Under the pieces are notes generated by a model. The model did not search any database. It was not told the DNA's origin and worked only from the letters and a program-made list of their open reading frames with translations. From NCBI GenBank assembly GCA_016906335.1, contig JADEYG010000004.1, forward strand, positions 434,001 through 498,000: 64,000 bases of DNA, in the 5' to 3' direction. Below are positions 52,043 to 63,994 of the stretch, in pieces (positions within the stretch are counted from its first letter, which is position 1; each line of letters starts with the position of its first letter). The stretch is from Novakomyces olei. Its lineage: Eukaryota. Both the position numbers and the translations under genes were made by a program.

Positions 52043-53845
52043 GGTTCAGCGTAGCCTTGTGTGGCCCTGCGTACAGACGTGATTGGACGTATAAACGTCA
52101 GGATAATGTCTGTTTATGTCTGTGGAACAGTGCAAAAACTCAGACAGTATATTTTTTCCATACGTATTTATTATTCATTTGCTCCTGTCGTATTGAGTAT
52201 GCATGTTTACTTTATAACGACAATTTATTTATCATGATCCCCTTTGGAAATAAGAGAATTAATTTAATGTTTTGCGACTAGTATATATATGTATCATTGA
52301 AGCCACCACCATAGCTTTGTTGTCGTTTTTAGGGTGAAAGTATTATCTACGAAAACAAAAGAATCTGAAATGCCGCTAATCGTTCTTTGCTGCAATTTTC
52401 CATCTGTCCAACGCCCACTACTCATCAATAATATGTACAGGAAATATGACTGACGGACACCAATTAGCCGATACATGACAGCCGCCCACTTAAAAGGCAA
52501 AAAAGTACCGAAGGAACAAACATGAAGTCTCGAGCGATTACATAAATGTTTCAGTATCGCTTTAATACTGGACTTATCGCTTATCGTTGCTCGTATGAGT
52601 GCCGAGGCCCGGTAAACAAGCAAATTATTATAGTCAGGAAGGGAGTCTGGAAGCTAGATTGTTATGATGGAAGCGCTTAATCATCATCTAACTAATACTA
52701 CTCCTTAGCGGCAAACTCCGAAGACATCATCCAATCCGGACCATAACCCTGAACTTTAAATCGGCAATATTAAAAGGAGAGATGAAGAGAGATGTGTGTC
52801 GAAAAAGAGGATTTGCCTTGCCATTTCAAAATTATTTTAATATTGCTGGTTTATTGGACATTTCCACAGCGAAGGTTAGGGTTTGTCGGGGTTACTTTTT
52901 TTGGTTTTACTGTACAAGCTCAAGCATTATTGCTCCTCATTGAGTCAGTCTAACGTACAGTAGTGTAATACCATAAATTCCGTAGTTAAAGCGCTATTCT
53001 TTCTGACCGATATGATGAGTTTTTTGTAAATCCTTATGTTCGTATCAGCAAAGACGCATGCATGACGTTGAAGCTGGTTTTGAACTTATTTGTGCTCGTT
53101 CTAAATGAGATCTGCAAATGAAGCCCTTACATGAAGATCCCTTGTAGCTCTCTGAGAGAAATCATTTGCGCCGCATTGTAAAATGTTGAAGTTGTAGCAA
53201 TTTAGCATAAATATCAACTGCAAGTCGGTGGAAGCGTAGTATAACTTCCCCTTCTCTGCCGCGATATCAATTGACACCAAAATCTGGTTGACAATTCCAA
53301 GCACAGAGGAAACTGGTGTCATGCTGGCCGACTAAATTTTGGCTTCCATAAACTGACGCAGTTCAATGTTATAGTCTTTTCGTCTTGCGATAGTTGTTCA
53401 ATTGTGAAGCGTGACGCCGATGTACTTGATTTGGACATTCAAAAGTAGGCTTAATTAACAGACTACCTCCAAATTTTGGGACTTGAACCATTCAGTGAAC
53501 ATCTCTTGCAATCAAAATAACACATACGCGCCGCCACAATCTCACAACAAATAGCACGGACACAAGAAATTTAGGCAAAAGTATTCGGAAAATGAATCCA
53601 CATATTTACAAGAACTTGCAACGACAAACTACCCGAGAGCATCTAAAGTCTACATGGCATTGTGTAAAGCAGGACACAGATGGAAGTAGCCTTTTAACAG
53701 AAAGACGAATGCTACCGTACGATCGACCTGCTGACCAATTCAATTTAGTCTGGTCCACCGTAATTGGGCTTCATGTCATCAATTCTGTGGCAATAATTAT
53801 GGAAAAGCTGTTATATTATGTCTGCAAAGCAACTAGCGTCGAGAG

Positions 53846-54132
53846 CTATTCCGACGGCTGTGCCGGATCCTTGTGGGTAGCAAGCTGTCAAGTCAACAGG
53901 CGCCGCTAGATTATTTCCTTACCTCTGCGTAATAGCCGTTGCGCCGGCGGATAAAAGGAATATGGTAACCGTACCAGAACAGGTACGCCGCACCCGCGCC
54001 CAAGCCAAGGGCCGCCGAGATGTCGCGGATGATTTTGCTGTAAAATGAGTAACTCGTAAAATTAAATCCACACGATGAATCAATATACTAAACGTACTTT
54101 CGCAGAGTTCCAACGATGGGCTGAATTGCCAT
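53846..54132 (-). CDS. COX9: Cytochrome c oxidase subunit VIIa (Cox9), not in ORF track
   Basis: Three exons splice to MAIQPIVGTLRNKIIRDISAALGLGAGAAYLFWYGYHIPFIRRRNGYYAELATHKDPAQPSE*, matching the Cox9 pattern (I.PI.G.L...I..D, FWYGYH, YYAEL). Confidence 0.88.
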
Positions 54133-54478
54133 TGTGTCTTGCTAAGCTCTTCTTTTGCAGCTGTGCCGAACGATTCGTTCTTTTGTCGTTTGATCTTGTT
54201 TTCTCCAGTCGTATTGGACAGACTAGTCAGGGTGTTTTGGCAAACGTGGTGGACTTGATATCGAAATAATCACGTTGCACCGAGTTACAAGTGTACGCTA
54301 AAATATGATCATATGTTGTACAATTGCACAATGAAAATACCACTACTAATAAAACTTTCATGAATATATAATAAAATTGCCATAAACATAATAAAACTAG
54401 CATCATACAATTCAGTCAAATTACATTTTATCATAATAGCACTCTGTCCCTTGTGAAACGATCAGGAATCTGCTGTCA

Positions 54479-55490
54479 ATGTTTCGGCCACGGTGCGTTC
54501 AGTGCATGGCACGCGCAACATTTATTCGCAGCTCAGCCCCAAAATCATTTCCTCGTCGTCAACTTCAAATATCACGGCAATTGTCCCGACCTCATCTCGA
54601 TACAAAATCAATATTGGCATCGCAACGCATTGGACCGTTTAATATTGCCTCTGCTGTCATTTTTGTTGCCACCGGTGTAGGCCTATATTTTTACTACCAA
54701 AATGAGCGAAAGGTCGCAGCTCAACGGCGCGCTGAAAAACAGTCTCAGGGTATGTTGCTGATATTGAAATTGTGATTATCTCAAGCCTTTAATTTTTGTA
54801 ATTTTTATAATTTTTAACTTTTAATTTCTAATTATTGTTTATTTTGCGTTTAATCTTGGGTTTATCAATGCTTTACGTCTATCTGGCATTGCTTTGAATA
54901 CCGTATTTTCTTCCATGCTGTACTTCCTGCCTTGACATACGAGACTTTATTCTAATATTCCAGGTGTCGGTAAACCAAGAATCGGCGGACCATTTACGCT
55001 TGTTGACCAGGACGGCAAAGTGGTCACGGAAAAAGACTTTCAGGGCAAGTTTATGCTTGTTTATTTCGGCTTTACACGATGCCCTGATGTTTGTCCTGAG
55101 GAACTCGACAAAATGGCTGATATTATATCGGTCGTTAAACGCGTAGGCGGCAACGTTATGACACCAATATTTGTCACGTGCGATCCGCATCGTGATACAC
55201 CGGAACAAATGAAGCGATACTTGGCAGAATACCACTCTGACATTGTTGGTCTCACAGGCGACTACGAATCTGTAAAGGCACTGTGTAAATCCTACCGGGT
55301 CTACTTTTCCACGCCACCAAACGTGGATCCGGAGAAAGACGATTACTTGGTAGACCACTCACTTTTCATGTACTTGAATGATCCAACGGGAGAGTTTGTG
55401 GAGGTATTTGGCCGTAACACGCCAGCTGAAGCAGCGGCACTGCGGATCTGCGACCTTGCTTCACGTTGGACAGGGCCGAAATCGTATTAA
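54479..55490 (+). CDS. SCO1: Cytochrome c oxidase copper chaperone Sco1
   Basis: Presequence, TM, GKPRIGGPF.L, YFGFTRCPDVCPEELDKM, DYLVDHS; one intron. Confidence 0.95.
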
Positions 55491-55752
55491 ATCACGAAAC
55501 TCTATGCATATAATCTAAAATTGTGCCAGTCAATCCTAACATTATAGCACTGCACAAACATTAGACAGAGCTTTTTTGAGCACCGAATCCTCGGCTGTTT
55601 TAGCGATGCCTTCTCATATGAAGGTATACAAGCAAGACTAGTAGTGATCAAATATAGACTTTTATACGTGCATTCATACCTTTTTGTATGACATAATATA
55701 ACAATGTAAGCCCAAGATTGTATACTATAATAAACTAGATTCTAGTGCCGTT

Positions 55753-56432
55753 ATGGCAAAAGTGGAGCTCTTTGTAATGAGCCGGTGCCCTGATGGCATA
55801 AAGGGCGAGTCAATTTTCGCACAGATTCGTAAGACTTGGCAAATTTCGGTCCTTAAAATTAATTGAGTTTAATAGTACCACGACTATCGCGCCCGGCCAC
55901 CGTTAGTATAAACTATATCACTGCGGCCGATGGCAGCTGTATGCATGGCGCCATTGAATGCACGGGGAATATTCAGCAATTAAGGTATGAAAAACCAGTA
56001 AAATCAAACTTAACTCAATTGAGAGTGAGAATCAAAGTACAAAGAACTAGGGCTTTGCTTAAATATCACTAATGATTTAGTGTTTTACACTTTAATGCCA
56101 ATCCCATGCAGATCCATCCTTTTATACTGAGGCAAAACACGAAGAATCCCCTCCTTATTGGCGATAAGGCTTACTTTGAAACATGCTTAGAAAAAACTGT
56201 ACCGCCGGCGTTACAATCAGCTATAAGAACTACTGCTGAAGGGTATGCGGGTGAAGCGTTATTGCAGCAGAGTGCGGAGTACACACGATCGCTTGGTGTG
56301 ACTAAAAGCATGACAGCACGTGTCAATGACCAAATCTGGGGAATCTTTGATGGAGGCCAGTGGAAGGATCTAGTGCCCCAAGTAAAGGATGGATCTATTG
56401 ATAACTGGGTAGAGGCTATAAACAATGTCTGA
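55753..56432 (+). CDS. GILT-family (gamma-interferon-inducible lysosomal thiol reductase-like) protein, 178 aa, leaderless
   Basis: Exons 55753-55828, 55876-55984, 56081-56432; VELFVMSRCPD, CMHG..EC.GN.QQL, G..LL..S, DGGQWKD. Confidence 0.8.
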
Positions 56433-56666
56433 AGCGTGGCAGACGAACGAGCATATTGTAAAAAGACTTGCGTTTGAAATTGACAACGCAGGATCGGCTT
56501 CCTCTTTTTGCGACGACAAATTGCCTTGATAGTAGAGCAGTATTTCTGGGTCCTCGATCTTCACCCGACCTCGACATCAGAGCTTGAAAAGCATCATTGA
56601 TATATTGATTGACAATGGAAATCAGATAAGAGTTAAATCTAGATAGTATTTAAAAAATTTTGGGAT

Positions 56667-57572
56667 CTACTTTGCTCCATTTCTTTGTGCTGCGGGAAGC
56701 CATTCGTCATAGTTCTCCTGCTTTTCTCCCTTTGCTTTGACTCCAGATTTTGCCCTTGGCGTCTTTGGTCGACCTGTTTGTTTACCGCCTGAATGGGAGC
56801 TATCATTAGCGCGTAAAGACTGGCGACGCTTTCTTGTACGCGACTCGCCAAACCAAACGGCATAAATACCGTACACTGTTCCCACACCAAACAAAGCCAA
56901 TAAAAAATACATAAAAATTCTGTTTCGCGTGATTAGCCCAGCAAAGCCAGCATTTACTTACACTTGAGCATCGAGAATACTGATATCCGGGTCGGCAACG
57001 ATTATACTATCGTCAGACACAGCAGCGGTGTACCCGGTATCTCCCTAATAAAGGTTAGCGACACAAGTCTAGACCTTGTAAAGGTTACCTTGCTAATCAC
57101 GGCAAACAGACGCAGACGATACTCGTCCGGCTGAAGTTCCAATGCCGTTTCATATTTAAACACTGCGCGCTCGTGTGCAGCGACAGGCTGCACATACCTC
57201 ATAACAGTCGTCTGCCGATTAGAAGGTGATATACGTCATTTAACCCACATTCAATAGAGCAAAAGGTTGGTCCTTGAGGAGAACCTGACCACCAATGATG
57301 ATGAGACTAAAAGGCTCATCGTCGTGATTTTCCACAGATACTTGGATCGGCTGCACTCGGCCATTGATGATGGTTGTTCGCCCGTCTAACGAATCCGGAG
57401 CCCCTACAAAGCTTGCAGAAAAACTGGCATTTGGTGCATTTATTAGAGTACCATCGCCTCCATTCGGGCCAGTAGGTGCTGGACCATCGCCGTGTGGTTC
57501 TGGCTCTGCATCATCAACGCGTACGCCGCTCACGAACGCAAACAGGCTCAAGAGCAGTAGCAAAATCTGCAT
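56667..57572 (-). CDS. IRC22: Irc22 / TRAP-alpha-like ER membrane protein
   Basis: Signal peptide, IING, VEN.D.EP, IGG, single TM IFMYFLL..YAVWF, tail YDEWLP; three introns. Confidence 0.7.
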
Positions 57573-57599
57573 ATCGTCCGAGCCTGCACGATGGAAGTC

Positions 57600-57658
57600 T
57601 TTATAATAATAATAATTATTATTATTATTAATTATTATTATTTTTATTATTATTATTA

Positions 57659-57693
<35 letters not shown>

Positions 57694-57705
57694 TTTATTT
57701 TTATA
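57600..57705. repeat. (ATT)n-rich tract filling the IRC22/eIF3f divergent promoter
   Basis: Directly visible. Confidence 0.9.
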
Positions 57706-57752
57706 CATTCAAAATCATTAAAACAAAAAAATATAGCAAAAAATCTGCAACG

Positions 57753-58661
57753 ATGTCTCGTGCACAGGCACCGCTGCACATAACGCGGCCGTTGGCCCCC
57801 ACAACGGGACCTGTCCGGGTCGATATCAGCCCTGTCGTTCTTTTCTCTATCGTTGATCACTCTATGCGACGTGACGCCGACCAAGATCGTGTAATTGGCA
57901 CTCTAGTAGGGACTCGGTCTGAGGATGGAAGTGAGATCTTTGTACGCAACTGTTTTGCGGTTCCTCACAACGAGTCTTCAGACCAAGTTGAAGTTGATAT
58001 GGACTATCACCGGCAAATGTTTGATTTGCATCATCGCGCAAACCCTCGCGACGTCCTGGTTGGATGGTACGCAACTACGGCAGAGTTAAATACGTTCTCT
58101 GCTCTCATACAAAACTTTTATGCTAGCGCAGGCTCCGGTACTTACCCTCATCCCGCTGTGCACTTGACACTAAACACCGATCCTTCACAGCCCTTACGCG
58201 TTGAAACTTTTATCAGCAGCTCAGTGGGCGTGACGGCAGAGAGAGCAGCTGACAGTTGCCTGTTTGTCCCGGTTCCACATACGCTTTCCCGAACAAAGTA
58301 CGAGCGTAGTGGGCTGAGTGCTATTGCTGCAGCGGCTAGGGATACAACGGATAAAGACTCTGAAAATTCTGCCAGTATTGCTTCTGACTTGAGCAATTTG
58401 GAACAGGCGTTAAGGCAAGTGATTGCCATGATTGAGCGTGTACAAGCATACGTTTCCAGAGTGATTGCGGGCGATGAACCGGGATCAGCACAGATTGGAA
58501 AATATTTACTGGATACTATGAGCGTGGCTCCGAGCATTAACGTGGATGATTGGGAGAGGATGTTTAACTCTCATCTCCAGGACGTTTTGCTCGTGGTTTA
58601 CCTCGCCAACACTGTCAAGACACAACTCGACATTGGCGCAAGGCTAACCACACTGGTCTAG
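57753..58661 (+). CDS. Translation initiation factor eIF3 subunit f (MPN domain)
   Basis: PVVLFSIVDH..RR, RVIGTLVG, NCFAVPHNE, VGWYAT, FNSHLQDVLLVVYLANTVKTQ. Confidence 0.9.
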   Translation: MSRAQAPLHITRPLAPTTGPVRVDISPVVLFSIVDHSMRRDADQDRVIGTLVGTRSEDGSEIFVRNCFAVPHNESSDQVEVDMDYHRQMFDLHHRANPRDVLVGWYATTAELNTFSALIQNFYASAGSGTYPHPAVHLTLNTDPSQPLRVETFISSSVGVTAERAADSCLFVPVPHTLSRTKYERSGLSAIAAAARDTTDKDSENSASIASDLSNLEQALRQVIAMIERVQAYVSRVIAGDEPGSAQIGKYLLDTMSVAPSINVDDWERMFNSHLQDVLLVVYLANTVKTQLDIGARLTTLV

Positions 58662-58966
58662 GCTAAAGGCATGGCGGTCTAATATTAAAAGTGGAAATGT
58701 ATTTCCCCATTTTCGCTCAGCTCTTTATATAATCCTTACGCCAATGGGGGTTATGTGGCCTTGATAGGCATATCTTTATTCATTAATGAAAGGAAGAAAT
58801 TCCCTTGTCGATACTGGACAACATGCTCAAATTTAGACGGCATACAAAATTTAACAAACTAAAAGTTGAACATGGCGCATTAATGGTTCTGTATACATAT
58901 ATAGTTTTATCATCCATCATTCCAGTCAAGGCCGGAAACGTCTGTTCTAGCCCTAGTCCTTCGTAA

Positions 58967-60044
58967 TTACCGCCGCTTCTTTGGCTGAGCTCCACCTGCC
59001 ATATTGCCAAGCATATTTTGCATTCCCCCATCTTTCATCATGTCTTTAAACATGTTATCACTAACGCCTCCGCCACTGAGAGCCGGTGAGTGTAAAGGCA
59101 AAATCGTGCCCATTTTTATTCCTTTAGGAACATGCGGAGGCGGTGGCAGCTCATCAACGTGTAGCCCAGGAATCTGGACTTGTAGCGTATCCTCTGGCTG
59201 TGTGGGATGGTCTTGCAAGTACTGCGAGATATTTCGATAAAGTTGTTGTTCTATGATTAGATAAAAAGAACATATAAGCAGAAAAATTAAGATTACAAAA
59301 CCCATTAATAAATCGGAAAACAAATATTAAATAAACAAAAAATTAAATTGAGAATTAATTTATTAATTGATAAATTAATGAACAAAACTAAAAAAGAAAT
59401 AATAGATAAATAAACAACGATGATAAAAACCACAAAATTCTGGAGCCTTACTGTTCTTTATCTTGGACATTGGCCGGCCAGCGTCGTCTTTCATTTGGAC
59501 CTTTACTCGTCCCGGGTTTGCCCAGTCTTGCGGATGGCACTTCATTGGCTACAAGTGTTAGCAAAATCAATCCCACAAATACTCCCGTGATCCTCCAGTA
59601 ACTAAAGCGAGCAATCCTGATTGTTTCCCAGCATCATTTTCGGTCCCATTGTAAATATTAGAAAAGAAATCTTGAGCATACCTCAAACACGACATTCAAT
59701 CCAACAGAGCGACAGCCATCTGCAATTGCCTTTGCTAAAGGATTTTCGACAGCGTGTAAAAGTGCAACACGCCTTCCTTGGCCAATGGATCGCCGGCTGT
59801 CAAAGTATACAGGATAAAGGCACTGGAAATGCCTGAAAGCTCCGCTGTCTCGAAGGTATTTAATACGGTCTTGTTCAGTTCGGCCTGCAGCTGGATCGAA
59901 TTCTTCAATTCTGCTCTGAGCAGGCGGTCGGACGGCGACTTCTGGCGCTGGTGGGGCATCTGCAAGTGCCACAGCGTCCGGCAACGGCAAATCTGTGTCA
60001 TCGTCGAACTCGTCGAGTTCTTCGATCCTCGTTTGCCTCGACAT
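58967..60044 (-). CDS. SEC65: Signal recognition particle subunit Sec65/SRP19
   Basis: [50 protein letters not shown]; two introns. Confidence 0.92.
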
Positions 60045-60192
60045 TATGGTGAAAAAAGAGCGTGCCGATACTCGCGAATGCTCATATATTGGATTATGCT
60101 CTTTTTCGTATATATTTAATATAATTCATTTATGACTATGTTAAAATGGTAACATTAGTGTCGTCGTACTTTATGTAGCTTAAATATTATCT

Positions 60193-60401
60193 ATTTTATT
60201 TTATTTTATTTTATTTTATTTTATTTTATTTTATTTTATTTTATTTTATTTTATTTTATTTTATTTTATTTTATTTTATTTTATTTTATTTTATTTTATT
60301 TTATTTTATTTTATTTTATTTTATTTTATTTTATTTTATTTTATTTTATTTTATTTTATTTTATTTTATTTTATTTTATTTTATTTTATTTTATTTTATT
60401 T
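60193..60401. repeat. (TTTTA)n microsatellite, about 42 copies
   Basis: Directly visible. Confidence 0.97.
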
Positions 60402-60464
60402 GTTATAGTTGCTTTTATTTGCTATCATCTACCTGGACAATTAAATTTAATATTAATCCCAGCA

Positions 60465-61859
60465 ATGCGGCGGCCATCGTGCCGGCCGCTGTCCCTCTGC
60501 AAATGTAGGCCAAGAGCAATTAGCACTGCTCAAGCACTAAAATCACGAGCAAAAGCACATTTGCAGCGTCTTCCAGCGCCGCAATTTGATACACAGATTC
60601 TTGCGTCACAAAAAGACAAATGGCAAAGTGTCGTGCAAAGGCGTAATATCCCTTCACTTGTACCTTTAATAGCTCAAGGCGCAGAGCAGTTCAGCCAATG
60701 GCGTGAGCAGATCGCTGCTCTTCAAAAACTGCAGACTCGACGAAATGCTCTGAGTTCGGAAATGGAATCTATTGCTCGCGAGGGCGACAAGGCAAAGCTG
60801 CGAGAACGTGGAGGTGAAGCCAAACGACTTAAAGCAGAAATTCGAGCTGCTACAGACAAAAGCAATGCTACAAGAGCGACTATCGATAGTATTTTAGATC
60901 GTGTGCCTAACGATATTGCCGAGGGCACTCCGGACGGAGACGAGTCGAATGCCATTATTGAACGCTTGGATTCTGCTGAATTAAACTACGGAACAGATCA
61001 TTTACAAATAGCACAAGAGCTAGATCTCGTTGACTTTGAATCGGCCGCTTCCGTGTCGGGCTCTGGATTTTATTACTTACGCAAGGGCCTTGTGCAGTTG
61101 GAGCTTGCACTGCAATTTTACGCCCTGAACAAAGCTCGTGCAAAGGGCTGGATCCCTGTCAGCACTAGTAGTATAGTGAAGAACGAGTACGTTGCCGCCT
61201 GTGGATTTCAGCCCAGAGATTCCGGGGACGAACAGCAGGTCTACGGAGTCCAGGACGGTGATGTGTCCAGAGCCTTGGCTGGTACTGCAGAAATTCCTTT
61301 GGCAGGATTACACGCCAATACTGTGATTGCTGCGGAAGATCTTCCGTTGCGTGTGATCGGAATCGGGAAAGCTTTTCGACGCGAGTCGGGGGCTCGCGGA
61401 AAGGCGAGCCGGGGTCTTTACCGAGTGCACGAGTTTACAAAAGTCGAGCTTTTCGCATGGACAAGGCAGGAGGAGAGTGCACCTATGCTGCAGGAGATAC
61501 TTGAGCTTCAAAAGGAGATTGTTCTAGAATTAGGCATCCCGGCCCGATTATTACGCATGCCCACGCATGAGCTGGGAGCCAGTGCCTTTGAGAAATATGA
61601 TATAGAGGGCTGGATGCCTGGGCGGGGGGAATGGGGCGAATTGACGAGTGCCAGTAATTGCACAGATTACCAGGCGCGCCGACTCCATACTACGTACCGG
61701 CAGGACAGCTCTATCCGGTTCACAGATACTTTGAACGGGACGGCAGCCGCGATTCCAAGGCTGCTCGTGGCTATTTTAGAAAATTATTATGAACCAGACG
61801 CGAATCGGGTCCGTGTTCCGGATGTTTTGCAAAAGTATACTGGCTGTGAGTATATATGA
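60465..61859 (+). CDS. DIA4: Mitochondrial seryl-tRNA synthetase
   Basis: Presequence; LAGTAEIPLAG, FRRESG, GLYRVHEFTKVELF, ELTSASNCTDYQARRL, TLNGTAAAIPR. Confidence 0.9.
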   Translation: MRRPSCRPLSLCKCRPRAISTAQALKSRAKAHLQRLPAPQFDTQILASQKDKWQSVVQRRNIPSLVPLIAQGAEQFSQWREQIAALQKLQTRRNALSSEMESIAREGDKAKLRERGGEAKRLKAEIRAATDKSNATRATIDSILDRVPNDIAEGTPDGDESNAIIERLDSAELNYGTDHLQIAQELDLVDFESAASVSGSGFYYLRKGLVQLELALQFYALNKARAKGWIPVSTSSIVKNEYVAACGFQPRDSGDEQQVYGVQDGDVSRALAGTAEIPLAGLHANTVIAAEDLPLRVIGIGKAFRRESGARGKASRGLYRVHEFTKVELFAWTRQEESAPMLQEILELQKEIVLELGIPARLLRMPTHELGASAFEKYDIEGWMPGRGEWGELTSASNCTDYQARRLHTTYRQDSSIRFTDTLNGTAAAIPRLLVAILENYYEPDANRVRVPDVLQKYTGCEYI

Positions 61860-62040
61860 ATTTCTGTATAATTATTAGCATATGCATTCGTCCTATTAAT
61901 GGAGACTCGAACGATAAATCATCTCTATCCATACCATAAAAATTAGAATGAAACCGCCTTATTCCTTCGATAAAATTATTATTATTATTATTATTATCAA
62001 TAATGATGAAGCTAGCTCACCCATATAATCCGAGCACAAG

Positions 62041-63232
62041 ATGGACTTTTTAACGGCAGAGATCAATCGTAAACGTAAGGAGATCAAGGATCATAACGAT
62101 AATGGCGCGGACGCCCCAGCAAGTAAATATCTTCGGCGAAAAGAGCTCGAAGAGGCTCGCGAACAGATTTATTTGCAAAAGCAGCGTGCGATAGACCGCG
62201 AACGAGAGGTTGCGCGAGAACAAAAGTTACGAGAGAATCTGGAGAATGAAAAATTGCAGGCTCAACGCCGTAGGGATCGTGAACGTGAAGCTTGGGAAAG
62301 AGTAAGTTACTTTGTAGAGCTCTTATTTCATCTTCCTGGCGTATTTCTTAGGGTTTATTTATCTTATCTCGGTGCTGATGAACAGGAAACTGCTCGTGAA
62401 AATGAGGCAGTAAGCGAGGAGGAAGTGCATAAAAGGCTGCGAGCTGCCGGTGAACCGATAAGACTTTTTGGAGAAACTCTAAGGCAGCGTAAAGCGCGGC
62501 TTACTGTGGTGGAAGAAGCCTTAGCTCGAGAGGAAGCGCGCAATAAGAAGGAAGCTGAGGCTGAAGCTGCTTTAGCGGCGAACGAAAATGGTTCTTTTGA
62601 GATCGATATTCGACGGATCAATGACGCTTCTCCTCGAATTTACCTTCAAATTCGACTTTACATTGGGCATATTTTAAAAGAGTTTGCATCATATCTAGAA
62701 TCACACCCAGAGCACGAGGATCTCGCTTCATCGTATGCAAATGCACAAAAGGATTTACAGTTTCTTTTTGAGCAGTTACGAGACTGCAATATGAAGCCCG
62801 ACATCTTGAGGGCATTAGCGTCTATCGTTTATTATTGCCAGTGCCATGAATATATTAGGGCCAATGATGCTTATCTCAAACTCAGTATCGGTAATGCTGC
62901 CTGGCCCATCGGACTTCAGGACGGAGGTATCCACGAGCGGACTGCACGTGATCGTATTAAAACTAAAAACGTTACGAATTTGCTTATCGACGAGGCCACT
63001 CGTAAGGTAGGTTGTTTTCCAAATTTGTCTATTGTTTTATTCATCCTTATCAATTGCTCTTGTCGTTTAATTTTATCTTGCAATGATATTCCGTCTAGTC
63101 CTTTTGTATTTATTTATTTATTTTTCTTTTTATACATGACTAAACGACCAGTGGCTGCAAAGCATTAAACGGTGTCTTACGTTTGCACAGTTAATATGGC
63201 CGCCCGATGATCCTAGTATGCGGATGGGATAG
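62041..63232 (+). CDS. PRP18: Pre-mRNA splicing factor Prp18
   Basis: LRAAGEPIRLFGE, ANDAYLKLSIGNAAWPIG, GIHERTAR, spliced WLQSIKRCLTFAQ..WPP; introns 62302-62385 and about 63007-63151. Confidence 0.92.
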
Positions 63233-63511
63233 AATCTGTTTAAAGTTTGGTTTGGAATAGCGGTTTAGTAAATGGATAGGATTGATGTGCACGTTTACAT
63301 ACACGCGTTTAGGCGAATAGATCTCGCATGATAATGAGTAGAGAACCTTTTACGTGATCTACATACACAGTCTTGTATCCGTCACTTAAATCTCACAGAT
63401 GAATTCGTGTTAAATTAGCCATATGCTCTCTCCATCATACATATGAGGAAATGTAAAGCGCGTGCGCCTGGTAATCGGTAATGAGGTTTATGAATGTGCA
63501 TGCCGACAAGA

Positions 63512-63913
63512 TTACTTCTTCTCCTTGCTGGCGCCCTTGGTCTTTGCGGTTCCACGGACCTTCTTTTGACGGTTCTTGCGTTGCTTGCGCTGTTGACGGC
63601 TGGGCTTCTCCACACGCTTGTCCAGACCGGCGCGTACACGGCGGTAAAGGGGCTCAAACGTCTTGAACTCGTCAAGACTATCGTAAATCAAAGCAAAACC
63701 AGTCGTCTTTCCGCCACCGAAACTCGTTTGCAATCCGAAAACTTGAACTTGTGTAGCATCTGGTACACCGTACAATTGGGCCAGCTTTTCCCGTAGCGTA
63801 GATTTGGCAGGGGTAGGTGTGTTTGGGTGGAGCACATCGACCACCATCTGCTTGCGCGCAAGCAGACGGTTGGTCATAAACTTGCGCGTACGGAGCGTAA
63901 CTGCGTCGGCCAT
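63512..63913 (-). CDS. RPS24: 40S ribosomal protein eS24
   Basis: [54 protein letters not shown]; intronless CDS. Confidence 0.98.
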   Translation of the reverse strand: MADAVTLRTRKFMTNRLLARKQMVVDVLHPNTPTPAKSTLREKLAQLYGVPDATQVQVFGLQTSFGGGKTTGFALIYDSLDEFKTFEPLYRRVRAGLDKRVEKPSRQQRKQRKNRQKKVRGTAKTKGASKEKK

Positions 63914-63970
63914 TGTGATTTGTGTGAGATGAGTCCGCTGTGTATTGGGTATGTTTGTTATCCGTATGCG

Positions 63971-63994
63971 CGTGACTTATCAATACCCTACCCT
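63971..63994 (-). promoter_or_regulatory. Homol E (AGGGTAGGGT) plus Homol D-like (AAGTCACG) ribosomal protein promoter module
   Basis: ACCCTACCCT at 63985-63994 and CGTGACTT at 63971-63978, 6 nt apart, 58-81 nt upstream of the RPS24 ATG. Confidence 0.7.

Noticed and set aside
52294..53800. Short ORFs in the 1.8-kb RAS1-COX9 gap
   Set aside because: No recognisable motifs or consistent splice model; more likely the RAS1 promoter/leader and COX9 3' UTR
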